Shown piece after piece: positions 8,678-18,874 of a stretch of 64,000 nucleotides of DNA (the stretch's first letter is position 1; each line of letters begins with the position of its first letter). Origin of the DNA: a virus (taxonomy: Duplodnaviria; Heunggongvirae; Uroviricota; Caudoviricetes); the IMG/VR virus record IMGVR_UViG_3300049044_000033, positions 286,796 to 350,795 of that record, one strand, 5' to 3'. The notes under the pieces were generated by a model. The model did not search any database. It worked only from the letters and a program-made list of their open reading frames with translations, and was not told the DNA's origin. The position numbers were made by a program, and so were the translations under genes.

Positions 8678-9778
8678 TTATTCGCCTTCAGCGTCCTCAG
8701 CGGCTAGACGGGCAAGTTCTTCCGCCTTTGCTGCCGCTTCTGCTGCTTCGCGACGCTCCATGTGAGTTGGAAACTCGAGCATCACCATATCCAGCAGGTC
8801 ATTGTTGATTTGCTTGCGGAAATACTTATGCTCAGTTCCATCGAGCGCAACATACTTGAGTTTGTTACCATCCTTAACGAATAGTTCCTTCTTCTCAAAC
8901 ATATCGAGCAGACCACTGTATGGGTTCATACCAGAATCCCAAGGGATTTTGATTTCGACGGTTTCGAATGGCTTGTTGTAACGGGTCTTCATAACCTTGA
9001 CCTGGCTACGAATACCACGAACTTCGCTAATCTTGTTGCCATCATCGTCTTCCTTCAGCTTGAGCTTACGCATTGCGCAAACAATCGAGGAAGCGTAGAT
9101 GAAGCCCTGACCACCAGTGATCTTGTCGTCCGGGTCAAACATATCCTGAGAAGCGTAGGAGTGGTTGGTACAAACTAGACCAATATCCCATTCGCCAAAC
9201 ATGTTGACGCAGTTACGAACTAGTGCGTTCAGCGCCTTAGGCTTACGACCCATGTCACCCTTCATTTCACCAGCTTCGAACTGGTTAACGTCAGTTGGGG
9301 TGAGCAACATACCAAGCGAGTCAACGATGAAGAGAACCTTCGGACGGTCTTCACGAGCTACACTCGCGTAGGTCGACTTGAAGTTCTTCATGAAATCGCT
9401 GATGATCTTCGCAACGTCGTCAATCATAGCAGCATTGATCTTCAGCAGCTTGTCTTCGCTAACATCAACGTCAAGTGCCGTGAGCCAGTCTGAATCAAGT
9501 GCGTTCTCAGAGTCGATGAGAACTACGAAGTAGCCAGCATCCTGAGCATTCTTGACCAAGTTACCAGATGCAATGTAGGACTTGCCGCTACCCGACTGAC
9601 CGGCGAACATTGTCACCTTACCCAGTGGGATACCTTTTGTAAAGTCTCCACTAACTGCATAATTGAGGGCAAAGTTGCCCGTCGAGACCCAATACTTTGG
9701 ATCGTTAAAGCCAACGGAAATACCGTCTAGGCCCTTTGTGATGTCTTTCCTAAACTTTGCTAGATCGACTGGTTTCAT
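8678..9778 (-). CDS. uvsX: UvsX / RecA-like recombinase
   Basis: STGNFALN, GIPLGK, Walker A GQSGSGKS, IVDSLG, GGQGFIYASS, KTRYNKPF. Confidence 0.95.
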   Translation of the reverse strand: MKPVDLAKFRKDITKGLDGISVGFNDPKYWVSTGNFALNYAVSGDFTKGIPLGKVTMFAGQSGSGKSYIASGNLVKNAQDAGYFVVLIDSENALDSDWLTALDVDVSEDKLLKINAAMIDDVAKIISDFMKNFKSTYASVAREDRPKVLFIVDSLGMLLTPTDVNQFEAGEMKGDMGRKPKALNALVRNCVNMFGEWDIGLVCTNHSYASQDMFDPDDKITGGQGFIYASSIVCAMRKLKLKEDDDGNKISEVRGIRSQVKVMKTRYNKPFETVEIKIPWDSGMNPYSGLLDMFEKKELFVKDGNKLKYVALDGTEHKYFRKQINNDLLDMVMLEFPTHMERREAAEAAAKAEELARLAAEDAEGE

Positions 9779-9908
9779 GGTTATGTTTCTTCCTTGTCTG
9801 GAGCCAAAGTGTCATTGCCTTCTATTTCAAAGGCATCCTCCGAACCACGCGACATGACACGCCCGCATAAATGTGGTCACCAGGACGATCTAAAAATTTT
9901 GGGAAGGG

Positions 9909-9935
9909 TGGGAGAGGGAAGTTATCCCTCTCCCG
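9909..9935 (-). terminator. hairpin after gp32
   Basis: GGGAGAGGGA/TCCCTCTCCC stem. Confidence 0.55.
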
Positions 9936-9941
9936 AAAGTA

Positions 9942-10955
9942 TTACTGACCTAGGCCAGCCTGCTTTGCCTTGATCCTTGCGAGGATGTCAGCAGCGTCAG
10001 GGACGCCTGCAGGACGGGCAGGAGCAGGTGCTTCCTCAGCAGCAGGTGCAGCAGTCTGAGCGCGCTGCAAGGCAGCGAACGGATCAGCAGCTGGAGTTTC
10101 CTGGGCTACTGGAGCACTAGCAGGAACCTGAACCGAAGTCTGAGCCGGAGCATTGTTGTTCCAGTTACCACCGCCAGCTGGCTTGTAGAACTGTGCGAAA
10201 CGTGCCGGATCATAAGCTTCGTCATTAACCGAAGCCTGGAACATTTCCTTGATTGCTTCAAGCTGCTCAGCAGTTGGCTTAGCAGGCAGGAAGTCCTTCA
10301 GGTTGTTCAGACCGTGCGACTCAATAGCACCAGCTTCTTCAGGGCTCAGCGAACGAGTCTTGAACGACCAGTTCGAAGTGCTGTAGTTGGCGAAGCCACC
10401 CTTGCTGGTCTTGACCAGCTTGAAATCGCGACCGCTGACATAGTCAGTTGGCAGGTCTTCCATTTCAGGGTTCATCAGCGAGCTCTTGATGATTTCGAAG
10501 ATGCTGGTGTTGATCATGAAGCGACGGATAGGATTCTCAGGAGTTTCCTTTTCCTCAAAGCCGCTCTGAACCACATAGCCCTGGAACAGGTAGGACTTCT
10601 TCTTCCAATACTTGCGGGCTAGAGCCTGCAGGCTGTCATCCTTCCACCAAGGGCGGGTTTCAGCTAGGATTGGGCAAGTTTCGCCATACATTTCCATGCA
10701 GGGAACCTGAACCATAACTTCACGGTCATGCTCGCCCTTCACGCCTTGGAAAGGAAGCTTGATGACCAGTCGTTCGGCCCAGAAAAATGTGTTGTTGGGA
10801 TCGCCGTCGGGAAGGAAGCGGATCATGGACTGACCGCCTTCAGGTAGGTTCCAGAACGGATACATGGAATTGTCACCGCCGGTGCGGTTGCCGTTGCCTT
10901 CGCTCTTGGTCTGCTGAGCTAGAAGCTTCGCGCGAATCTCATCTAAGGTTGCCAT
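9942..10955 (-). CDS. gp32: gp32-like single-stranded DNA-binding protein
   Basis: IRFLPDGD, CMEMYGETCPI, YWKKKSYLFQG, ENPIRRF, GRDFKLVKT, ANYSTS. Confidence 0.9.
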   Translation of the reverse strand: MATLDEIRAKLLAQQTKSEGNGNRTGGDNSMYPFWNLPEGGQSMIRFLPDGDPNNTFFWAERLVIKLPFQGVKGEHDREVMVQVPCMEMYGETCPILAETRPWWKDDSLQALARKYWKKKSYLFQGYVVQSGFEEKETPENPIRRFMINTSIFEIIKSSLMNPEMEDLPTDYVSGRDFKLVKTSKGGFANYSTSNWSFKTRSLSPEEAGAIESHGLNNLKDFLPAKPTAEQLEAIKEMFQASVNDEAYDPARFAQFYKPAGGGNWNNNAPAQTSVQVPASAPVAQETPAADPFAALQRAQTAAPAAEEAPAPARPAGVPDAADILARIKAKQAGLGQ

Positions 10956-11175
10956 ATTGGGAGGTCCCTTCTTTATCTTTATTGGGCTATTTTTGAGCCA
11001 TTTGTTGTGCTAAAACGCAACAGCCATTCCCGACTGTTCCGTATATGTATTTATACAATCAGGTGCTCCTAGATTGCAAAATATTTCTGGTGTAACCTAA
11101 AAATTTCTAGCATTTCTGCCGGGTTATCCAGTTAACTATGTTATCATACGAAAATAGGTGATAGGTTGTCTATAT
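10956..11175 (-). promoter_or_regulatory. gp32 promoter region and A-rich leader
   Basis: TATAAATA late motif near 11048-11055; TAGACA-N18-TATGAT sigma70-like site further upstream; leader hairpins then AATAAAGATAAAGAAAGG. Confidence 0.55.
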
Positions 11176-11182
11176 AGAAAGA

Positions 11183-11212
11183 TAGCGTGGTTCAGTCTCC
11201 CAAACCACGCTA
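11183..11212 (-). terminator. hairpin after the 1021-aa gene
   Basis: TAGCGTGGTT/AACCACGCTA. Confidence 0.6.
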
Positions 11213-11218
11213 TAAATC

Positions 11219-14200
11219 TTACTTGCGGAAGTTTGCGTTCTTCATAACCCTTTCAAGTTCTTCACGGAACTGCGCGTCGCCCTTATCAACCTTCACATCA
11301 TTGATAAAGTCTTCGCTCTTGTCCCCGCCTAGAACTTCTTCAGATTCTTCGTAACGGTCACGGAAACGCTCATATTCGTAATCACCGCGATCATCGTTAC
11401 GAGCGTTAAGTTCTTCACTGATCTGTTCCTTTAGACGATCAATAGTTCTTTCGTCCAACTGATCAATAATGTCCTCACCGTTATCCTTGCGGGTTACACT
11501 GTAGATCGTGATACCACCATGGAAGTTAACATCTGGTTCCGCAGCTTCATCTTCAAAGCTAACCATGACTTCAATGTCATCTTCTAGCTCAGTGCTGACA
11601 TAAGCCTCGATAGTGTTTGGATCAGTCTTAGCTTCGTCCAGAGATTCATCCCAGCTATTCTTCTGAACTACATCAAGTTCAAGAACTGCATCCTTGAGAT
11701 AACGAGCCAGAATCTCAGCCAAAGCATTCCTGAAGTTGTATTCCTCTTCATCAACGTCGTCCTGGCCGATGCCTGGATCAACGCCGAACGATTCTGGATT
11801 AGCTAGAACCTGTGAGGCAAACTGCTTCAGCTTTTCTAGAACTTCCGAGATCTGAGAGTCTTCAATGTGGGCAGCTTCCATGACACTATTGATTGCTTCT
11901 TCAACCGATTCCTTACGATACGCACCGGCCTTAGTCAAAACACCCTTATGCATCGTTACAGTCTTAGAGTCTGGCAAACGTGCGTGGGCATTGTCAAAGG
12001 TAACCTTTGCATTCTTGTCATCAATGGCTACAACTTGACCTGCACCATAGACCTTGTGGGTTACGCGGTCACCAACTTCTAGTTCGCTCTTGAAGTTTGG
12101 GTTAACCGGAGCAGCCTTATCTAGGACTGGCATACCATATTCCCAACGTGGACCGGATTCCAAGACTGACTCCGGAGCAAAGCTTTCGAACCACTCAGAT
12201 AGATCATTCTCTTCCTGAACTCCGCCAAGCTTACCTACCTTATCCATATCGTCAACGTGCATCTGCTTAACGCCACCGTTTAGGAATTCCACAGTAGCAA
12301 TATCGCCATCAACATCTACAACGCGACCTGAGCCCAAGTCAGTTGAAACGTGATTGCCTACCTCAATACCGTGACCCATTGGCTGCTGGTCTTCTGAGGC
12401 AAACTCATACATGGATTCAGAAATCGTCCAACCGTTCTGTTCGAGAACTGGCTTAACCTTCTTTTCAAAGAGATCCTTCGCTTCGACAACAATGAAGCTT
12501 TCAGTGCCCTGGTAACCCGTGATATCATCATCTTCAAAAGCCTTCACGATGTCGTGACAGATGCCCTTGATGAAATAGTTTGCTTCCATTGGTTCAGCCT
12601 GATCAGCAGCACCTAGGCTACCGTCGATGAACTCCCCGTAACCACCATCATTGAGGAAGGTTTCTGCGTCAAAGTTATCGCTGAACTGCTCTAAGCTGTG
12701 CTCGACCTTTGCGAAGTTTCCTTCTTCGTCATCGTATGGATTGCGGCCATAGTAGGACTCGTCCATCTCGTCACCGTTGTCCATGAAGTTCTCAAGCGCG
12801 TTTACCAGCTTGGTCTTCACAGTCTGCTCAGCACCGTCTAGCTTCTTACCTTCAGCCATCTTATCAATGATTGCCGAAACATAGTTGAGGGTAGGAACGT
12901 TTGCGAGCTTGTGCTGGCTAACAAAGAGATCCAGGTAGAAACGTTCCCTAGTGTCTTCATCAGAGAAACCAGGGAAGTGATCTGGGAGATCAGGAATCTG
13001 GATCTGGTCGCCTAGGATAGCACGAAGACCATCAGCTAGTTCGTTGATGCTTGCCTTCTGATCCTTATCCATGTTACCCGTTTCACCCGATGCCGCAAAA
13101 CGAGCATTGGTCCACTGAGTAGCATAATCCAAGAATGCATCGTTCTCGTTGATCCGGTAAGCAGATTCCAAGATGTCTAGATAGTTCTGAGCATCGAGGA
13201 AGGCCTGATCTTCCATGAAAGCAACGTTCGAACCCAAACGCAGCCAATTAGCAGCATCATGGCCATACTCAGAGGCAAGTGCTTCGACTAGTGCGTCAGC
13301 AGCAGCATCCTCTAGAGTGATAACACCATGAAACATTTCATTAATGTTGGTCATATCTTCACCCATTTGTAGCAGAGCGACTGGCATCAAAGACTCTGCC
13401 AGAGCATGGTTAGAATCAATCTTGAGTAGTTCCTGGAGACGAGCTATTTCTTGTCCCAAGGAATCATCCTCAGATAGAGTAGTGGTCATAATAGGAAGAC
13501 CTGCTTCCTTGACCTTTGAGTAACCGCCGGGTCGTGCCATAGTCACGAATGCCTTGCGGATTTCCATAATCCTAGACTTAATAGTTGGGCGGAGAGCAGA
13601 AGCACTCTCATCCAACGCATTCCTAGAATGTAAGATGTAGCGGTTTAGCTTAGAAAGCTGGAGAGACTCACGAGCAAGCTGAACCATAGCCAAGCTAGTT
13701 TCATCATGAGGGGCACCACCCTGCGCAATATGTTGCGCAAAAGCACGACCAGCACTCAAGTGGTTTTCAGGGAATTTGAAACGCTCGCCTTGTGTCGTCT
13801 CAACAAACAAGCTCAAGATGTTGCGACCACGGCTTCCAATTACACCTTCACGGATTGGAGCAGTGTGGCGTATGATTAGCTTCGTAGGGCCAATCTTCTG
13901 ATAGGATGTCTTTGTCGAACCCCACATTGCTGCCTCGGTAACCGAAGCCTGATAGGCAAAATCCTTTGGACGCAATTCACGACCAAACTTGCGGACGTTC
14001 AACATCACATTGTATCGAGTTGTGATCTTACGGAGAGTGTTGATCAACTTGCTTGACTTCTGGACGTCCGAGGACTGGCTCAGATAGACCTTAACTTCAC
14101 TATCCGAACCTGCCTCAATAACACTGATCATTATGTTGCCCGGAGTAGCAAAAACTCGACGAGCTTGGGAGGGTTCAAAGGTCTGATTACCATCTTCGCT

Positions 14201-14278
14201 ATAGAGCGTCAAAGTCATTCCAAGACCCTTTAGGACTTGGAAGAGTTCTTCACTAAGACTATCAAACAACGCGCTCAT
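11219..14278 (-). CDS. large acidic virion/head-associated protein with two SH3/KOW-like modules
   Basis: Late promoter at 14301; many hydrophobic-x-E-[S/A] sites; IEVGNHVSTDLGSGRVVDV and LEVGDRVTHKVYGAGQVV modules. Confidence 0.6.
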   Translation of the reverse strand: MSALFDSLSEELFQVLKGLGMTLTLYSEDGNQTFEPSQARRVFATPGNIMISVIEAGSDSEVKVYLSQSSDVQKSSKLINTLRKITTRYNVMLNVRKFGRELRPKDFAYQASVTEAAMWGSTKTSYQKIGPTKLIIRHTAPIREGVIGSRGRNILSLFVETTQGERFKFPENHLSAGRAFAQHIAQGGAPHDETSLAMVQLARESLQLSKLNRYILHSRNALDESASALRPTIKSRIMEIRKAFVTMARPGGYSKVKEAGLPIMTTTLSEDDSLGQEIARLQELLKIDSNHALAESLMPVALLQMGEDMTNINEMFHGVITLEDAAADALVEALASEYGHDAANWLRLGSNVAFMEDQAFLDAQNYLDILESAYRINENDAFLDYATQWTNARFAASGETGNMDKDQKASINELADGLRAILGDQIQIPDLPDHFPGFSDEDTRERFYLDLFVSQHKLANVPTLNYVSAIIDKMAEGKKLDGAEQTVKTKLVNALENFMDNGDEMDESYYGRNPYDDEEGNFAKVEHSLEQFSDNFDAETFLNDGGYGEFIDGSLGAADQAEPMEANYFIKGICHDIVKAFEDDDITGYQGTESFIVVEAKDLFEKKVKPVLEQNGWTISESMYEFASEDQQPMGHGIEVGNHVSTDLGSGRVVDVDGDIATVEFLNGGVKQMHVDDMDKVGKLGGVQEENDLSEWFESFAPESVLESGPRWEYGMPVLDKAAPVNPNFKSELEVGDRVTHKVYGAGQVVAIDDKNAKVTFDNAHARLPDSKTVTMHKGVLTKAGAYRKESVEEAINSVMEAAHIEDSQISEVLEKLKQFASQVLANPESFGVDPGIGQDDVDEEEYNFRNALAEILARYLKDAVLELDVVQKNSWDESLDEAKTDPNTIEAYVSTELEDDIEVMVSFEDEAAEPDVNFHGGITIYSVTRKDNGEDIIDQLDERTIDRLKEQISEELNARNDDRGDYEYERFRDRYEESEEVLGGDKSEDFINDVKVDKGDAQFREELERVMKNANFRK

Positions 14279-14321
14279 AGACACCCTCCACTAAGTGTGA
14301 TATTTAGCAGAAGACTTGCCC

Positions 14322-15905
14322 TTAGAAAGCGATAGGCATTGGCGCAGCACCGTCGTCCTCGCCACCACTAACCGACTTGAGATTATATTCAATCTCTTCT
14401 TCCCAATCAGCACATATCTGAAGTAGACGCACAATCTGTAATGTGCTCATAACCAAGTCGTCATTTACGCCTATCTTGCCCTTGTAGGAGCCGCCACCAC
14501 GCACAAAGTTCTTGAGCTCCGTGAGAAGCGCCCTTGACTTCAAGGTCATGCGACGGGTTTCTATGAGCGTCTTAAAGCGACTACATGCGGTTAGCTTTGA
14601 ACGTGTGTTTGTGTTTAAACCCTTACGACCTTTGCCGCCGCCGGTCTTTCTAGGTTCATGGGTGAATACACCTGGGAAGTTCTCTTCGCCGATATTATCA
14701 ATCTGAACCAATGCTGCTTCGCCCAAGCTATTATTTTCTACTGACCAGTAGATCTCAGGTTCACCATCTTGATCCGGATGATTCATTAGAGTGTGATGGA
14801 TGTAGAGCAGAGCCTTACGGAGGATATCTACTTGATCCTGAGTAATCGTTTTATTATGACGCCATTCGGCAATCTGAGTCATTGTGCTCAAGTTGAATAC
14901 TTGGATAGCAGCAAAGTCACTTCCGGTTCCCATACTAGGATCCAAGGTAGCACCATAGATATGATTAGGAGTAGGCTCTTCGAACCAACGCATCTGACCA
15001 ATCTTAAAGATATGTTCCTGAGGACTCAAGTTAGCGAGAGTGATCGGATTTATGAGTGTCTCATCTTCAGAAACGAACTTACATTCGTATTCTCGCTGGA
15101 ACTTTTCCTCACCTAGCTGTTGACGTTGTGTAGTCGCCCAAGCTTCGTCACGAGTTGGATTCTTGTCCCACGTGATTTCTAGCGGCTTATAACCATTGCG
15201 ACCCAGACCATTAGGGATCACTTCGCCGTTATCATCAATGTTGTTCTTTGCACCGAACCAAATTTCTGCAAACTGATCTTCGTCGTTGTTTGGAGTAGAA
15301 GTAATGATACAACTACCACCAGTTGATAGGGTTGGCGCAATAGCTGACCAGAATTCAACTGCTTTGTTTGGCTGCACGAACGCAAATTCGTCCAAGTAGA
15401 GTAGGGAGATCGAAAGACCACGACCTGCGTCCTTAGAGGTTGCTCGACTAATGATCCTCGAACCATTGTCAAAAGCAATCGTGCCCTTGTTGTATTCCAC
15501 AACACCACTACGTAACCAGTTAAACTGTTCAAGGTTTTCATATGCGAAACGGATACGATCCATAATCTCAAGAGCAGAAACAAACTTGTTTGCTGCGATA
15601 AGAATAGTCGTGTCAGGTTCAAACATTGCCTTCCAAAGTAAGAAGCCGGCCGCACAAGTGGTTTTACCCATCTGTCTCGCAGTCAAGGCAATAGTGTATC
15701 GATTCTTATGGAAGGAATCGATCATCTCTTCCTGATAGGGCCATAGTTTGAATGGAACTCGTCCCTGCGTGGGATGCTGGATCTTGACGTAGTTCTTACA
15801 GAAATAGATCGGATCGCTCATACATTTGCGGAGCTCTTCAATCTGATTGATATTGAAGCGGTCCTTAGAGTAACCCTTCTTGATAATTTCGATTTCTTTA
15901 GCCAT
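14322..15905 (-). CDS. terL: terminase large subunit (gp17-like)
   Basis: ARQMGKTT Walker A, LLYLDEFAF Walker B, TSTPN coupling motif, nuclease LDPSMG and NDDLVM. Confidence 0.96.
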   Translation of the reverse strand: MAKEIEIIKKGYSKDRFNINQIEELRKCMSDPIYFCKNYVKIQHPTQGRVPFKLWPYQEEMIDSFHKNRYTIALTARQMGKTTCAAGFLLWKAMFEPDTTILIAANKFVSALEIMDRIRFAYENLEQFNWLRSGVVEYNKGTIAFDNGSRIISRATSKDAGRGLSISLLYLDEFAFVQPNKAVEFWSAIAPTLSTGGSCIITSTPNNDEDQFAEIWFGAKNNIDDNGEVIPNGLGRNGYKPLEITWDKNPTRDEAWATTQRQQLGEEKFQREYECKFVSEDETLINPITLANLSPQEHIFKIGQMRWFEEPTPNHIYGATLDPSMGTGSDFAAIQVFNLSTMTQIAEWRHNKTITQDQVDILRKALLYIHHTLMNHPDQDGEPEIYWSVENNSLGEAALVQIDNIGEENFPGVFTHEPRKTGGGKGRKGLNTNTRSKLTACSRFKTLIETRRMTLKSRALLTELKNFVRGGGSYKGKIGVNDDLVMSTLQIVRLLQICADWEEEIEYNLKSVSGGEDDGAAPMPIAF

Positions 15906-15952
15906 AACGAGAGGGACCCAGACGAGGGTGTCTGGGTCCTAAATCTTTCCTA

Positions 15953-17182
15953 TCAGTCGAAGGTCTTAACAGACAGCTTCTTAGTTGCTGTAATACCGTG
16001 CTGGGCTAAACGAGCCTCAAGACCGGCGCGGTCATTATTGTATTCGTCCATAGTGAACGAGTCCACTACTTTACCCTCACGATACTTCTGACCAGAAGAT
16101 GTAGGAGTCACAACAGTAACCATAGTGCCTGGTTTAGTAGAGTCATGACCGGCCACATAGTTGAGGCCCCACTTACCGCCACGATTGATTGCTAGGATGA
16201 CTACACCGCCATGACCAAAGTAGTCATGAGTACCAAGGTCATTCAAGCTAGCAAAGCCACAATCAGTGTTGAGGAAGAAAGCTGGTCCATATTGGCGCGA
16301 CTTACGCTGGTAGGAATCGAAACGATCCTGACGTCCATATTCCTGCAGTAGGCTCTCGAGAGTGATCTCTTCCTCTACTTCAACGTCTTCTTCAACATTG
16401 CGCTCTTCAGCTTCCCTCACATAGTCGGCAAAGGTCTTTGGCTTAGCGGATTCGTCAATGTCTTCGAAGTCCATATCATTTAGGTAAACGATAGACTTAC
16501 CGCCCTGATGGCTTACTAACCAGACGCCGTTCACATAAGGATCCGGCTGGGCAGTTGCGTTAGTCATGTCATGGCTGCTCATAAACTTCATGAAGTCAAT
16601 AGCACCTTGCTCAGTATCTGGGAACTCGCCCCTCTTGTCGTCGAAAGGACCTTCTTCAAGAGGATTGTCACCGGAACGAGCCGGAACCATCTTAGTATCT
16701 GGCTGAACTGGCTTGCGATCCGCAATACCAGCGTATTCCTCACCGGCTTCTTCAATTTCAATGTCAGCAATTTCGTCATCGCCTGCGATAGACAGATTAC
16801 CTTCATCATCAATGGTTGCATCCACAGGTTCATCCATTGGAGCAACTTCTGGTTCAATAGCTGGTTCTTCAACAGGAACAATCTCTGGTTCAACTTCCTG
16901 ATCTGCTACAGAAGCAAAATCTGGTTCCAAGAGCTGCATGATAGCGCGAAGGCTTGCTGCCTGAACTGAACTCGACATCGTGCCGTTAGGAGTCTCAACA
17001 TCTACATTCAAGCTAGCTGGACCATTGAACTCATTCGAGTTACCAGCCACGCCTGCGTTCTTCAGCATCGCGGCTAGTTCTTGAAGATCGTTTGCGTTGA
17101 ATGTGGTGTTTGAAGATAGCTCACCCTGCTGGGTTGTGACGTTTAGGTTAACTGCCTCGTCGATTTTCTTCTTATCGGTCAT
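15953..17182 (-). CDS. acidic head-internal-type protein
   Basis: Very acidic; repeated IDEA, IEEA, LEEG, IDES, VREA sites; start ATG 17182 after upstream stop. Confidence 0.55.
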   Translation of the reverse strand: MTDKKKIDEAVNLNVTTQQGELSSNTTFNANDLQELAAMLKNAGVAGNSNEFNGPASLNVDVETPNGTMSSSVQAASLRAIMQLLEPDFASVADQEVEPEIVPVEEPAIEPEVAPMDEPVDATIDDEGNLSIAGDDEIADIEIEEAGEEYAGIADRKPVQPDTKMVPARSGDNPLEEGPFDDKRGEFPDTEQGAIDFMKFMSSHDMTNATAQPDPYVNGVWLVSHQGGKSIVYLNDMDFEDIDESAKPKTFADYVREAEERNVEEDVEVEEEITLESLLQEYGRQDRFDSYQRKSRQYGPAFFLNTDCGFASLNDLGTHDYFGHGGVVILAINRGGKWGLNYVAGHDSTKPGTMVTVVTPTSSGQKYREGKVVDSFTMDEYNNDRAGLEARLAQHGITATKKLSVKTFD

Positions 17183-17183
17183 G

Positions 17184-17891
17184 TTAGCCCTTCCTCTTGA
17201 CGTTTTCGTCATAGTTACCATAGACAGCAGTCAAATTGGGCTTTTCGGCCTTAGCGCCTGCTTTCTTGGTATTTACATGAACTGGCTTCACAGAGTCCTG
17301 CTCAGCATTAAAATCGTCTGCTACAGAGCGATCCTTTGGATTTAGCCAAGAAAACTTGTTGGTCTTTTTGACTTCTTCAATCGCTGGAACAGTTGTGTCT
17401 TCAGCGTCTGCTTTGAGTTGAGCTAAGTAGTTCAGGAACTTCTTGTTGTAGGCGTCACCATAGGCGACTTCCTTAGGCTGATCTTCTTGCTCATACATGC
17501 CGTCATTGAGTTTGGCGTTAGCTTCGTCGTCCTTGAGGATCTCTTCGATCTTCTCAGCTTCTAGCTCAACTGGATCATTCTCAGCGCGAACGATAAGTTC
17601 AGCATCTGCGATCTTGAGAACTGAACGCAATTCAGTTGCTAGAACGTAGGAGGAAGCAGGAACAGAAGTCTCAATATCCAGGATCCAAACTTCAGCCATC
17701 GTGAAAGATGGAAAGTCCATTGGCGTCTTCTGGGCCATAAGCTTCTTTGGAGTGCTGACGTTCTTAACGTCATACTTGAACAGGGTCTTCTTCAAAGTCT
17801 CAACGAAAGCATCATCAATAGCCACAATGGACTTGACACGATACTTAAAAGACTTAGTCGACTCTGCCAGGTAGTGATAAAATGATTTCAT
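17184..17891 (-). CDS. conserved late structural-region protein
   Basis: MKSFYHYLAES start; TAAATA at about 17920. Confidence 0.7.
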   Translation of the reverse strand: MKSFYHYLAESTKSFKYRVKSIVAIDDAFVETLKKTLFKYDVKNVSTPKKLMAQKTPMDFPSFTMAEVWILDIETSVPASSYVLATELRSVLKIADAELIVRAENDPVELEAEKIEEILKDDEANAKLNDGMYEQEDQPKEVAYGDAYNKKFLNYLAQLKADAEDTTVPAIEEVKKTNKFSWLNPKDRSVADDFNAEQDSVKPVHVNTKKAGAKAEKPNLTAVYGNYDENVKRKG

Positions 17892-17934
17892 GGCGGGTCC
17901 TCACACTAGGGATTCCGCCTATTTATCGTAATGC

Positions 17935-18432
17935 TTAAATTTCGCCCTTGCGGATCTTTTCCATCAAATCATTGCGATTCGCCACGATGGAATTACCTGT
18001 CTCAACAATCTCACCATCTTCGACGCCTTCGCCCATTTCCTTACGGTGCTTCTCTTGTTCCATGATAGCTTTGATCTTTTCCATCTTGCGATCAGTCTTA
18101 GACTGACTAGCCTTCAGGGCGATCTCCAAGGCTTTTAGGGCCGGAGCAAACGCATTAGCACCTGCGTTCTTTGGTTCCATATTGAAGCCAAGATCAAAGA
18201 GATCCTTATAGGCACCCATGGCGTATTTGATAATCTCGTCTGCTTCAACTTCGTGCTCTTCTACACCAGTAACATCAGAGCGTGAGAGTTTGGATGCATC
18301 AACGTGCTGAAGCGCATTTGCCATCTGCTCAACTTCTAGGTTGACTGGCTCATCAGGTTGCTCATCAGCAATAGCTTTGAGGGCATCCTCTAAACGAGGA
18401 AGATTGAGTTCGTCTTCGATTGCCTTTGTCAT
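17935..18432 (-). CDS. probable terminase small subunit (gp16-like)
   Basis: Helical YKDLFDLG...ALEIALKA core and C-terminal IVANRNDLMEKI; next to gp4. Confidence 0.55.
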   Translation of the reverse strand: MTKAIEDELNLPRLEDALKAIADEQPDEPVNLEVEQMANALQHVDASKLSRSDVTGVEEHEVEADEIIKYAMGAYKDLFDLGFNMEPKNAGANAFAPALKALEIALKASQSKTDRKMEKIKAIMEQEKHRKEMGEGVEDGEIVETGNSIVANRNDLMEKIRKGEI

Positions 18433-18436
18433 ACTC

Positions 18437-18874
18437 TTACTTACCGCCACCAGACTTATATAATTGCTTCTCAGTCATAATGCGGAAGGTAACGTTCTGA
18501 GACTTGCACCAAGCGTAGGCAGCTTTCCACTTAGCTTCGTTGAGTATGATAGCCTCTTGATCCTTGCGGGTTCTAGCCGCTTCTGGGATAGACTGGGATA
18601 GTGGCTTGATCTCAATGAGCTCAGCATGTTGCTGGCCATTCTTATCAATGTAGATGATGAAGAAGTCTGGAATGTAGTTACGCTTCTTTGTTGGATCGAA
18701 GGGATCCATATAGGGGATCTTGATGCTTTCGCTGGCCCACTGTAGAATGTTTGGATGATTGTCACACACATTCATGAAAGTTAATTCCCACGCAGAGCGG
18801 TAGGTAATTGGAAAGGTCCCAATATACTTTTGCGGATTCTTGGGCTGGAAGGCACCTTGATTATATGAAGCCAT
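18437..18874 (-). CDS. gp4: head completion nuclease (gp4/TnsA-like)
   Basis: FQPKNPQKYIG, YRSAWE, WASE, YIPDF, EIKP, NEAKWKAA. Confidence 0.9.
   Translation of the reverse strand: MASYNQGAFQPKNPQKYIGTFPITYRSAWELTFMNVCDNHPNILQWASESIKIPYMDPFDPTKKRNYIPDFFIIYIDKNGQQHAELIEIKPLSQSIPEAARTRKDQEAIILNEAKWKAAYAWCKSQNVTFRIMTEKQLYKSGGGK

Noticed and set aside
14322-15905. Intein or intron in terminase, capsid, portal or uvsX
   Set aside because: All are uninterrupted, normal-length ORFs with no Hint or homing-endonuclease motifs
18437-18874. TnsA-like nuclease as a transposon gene
   Set aside because: Size, motifs and position match the T4 gp4 head-completion protein; no TnsB/C or terminal repeats
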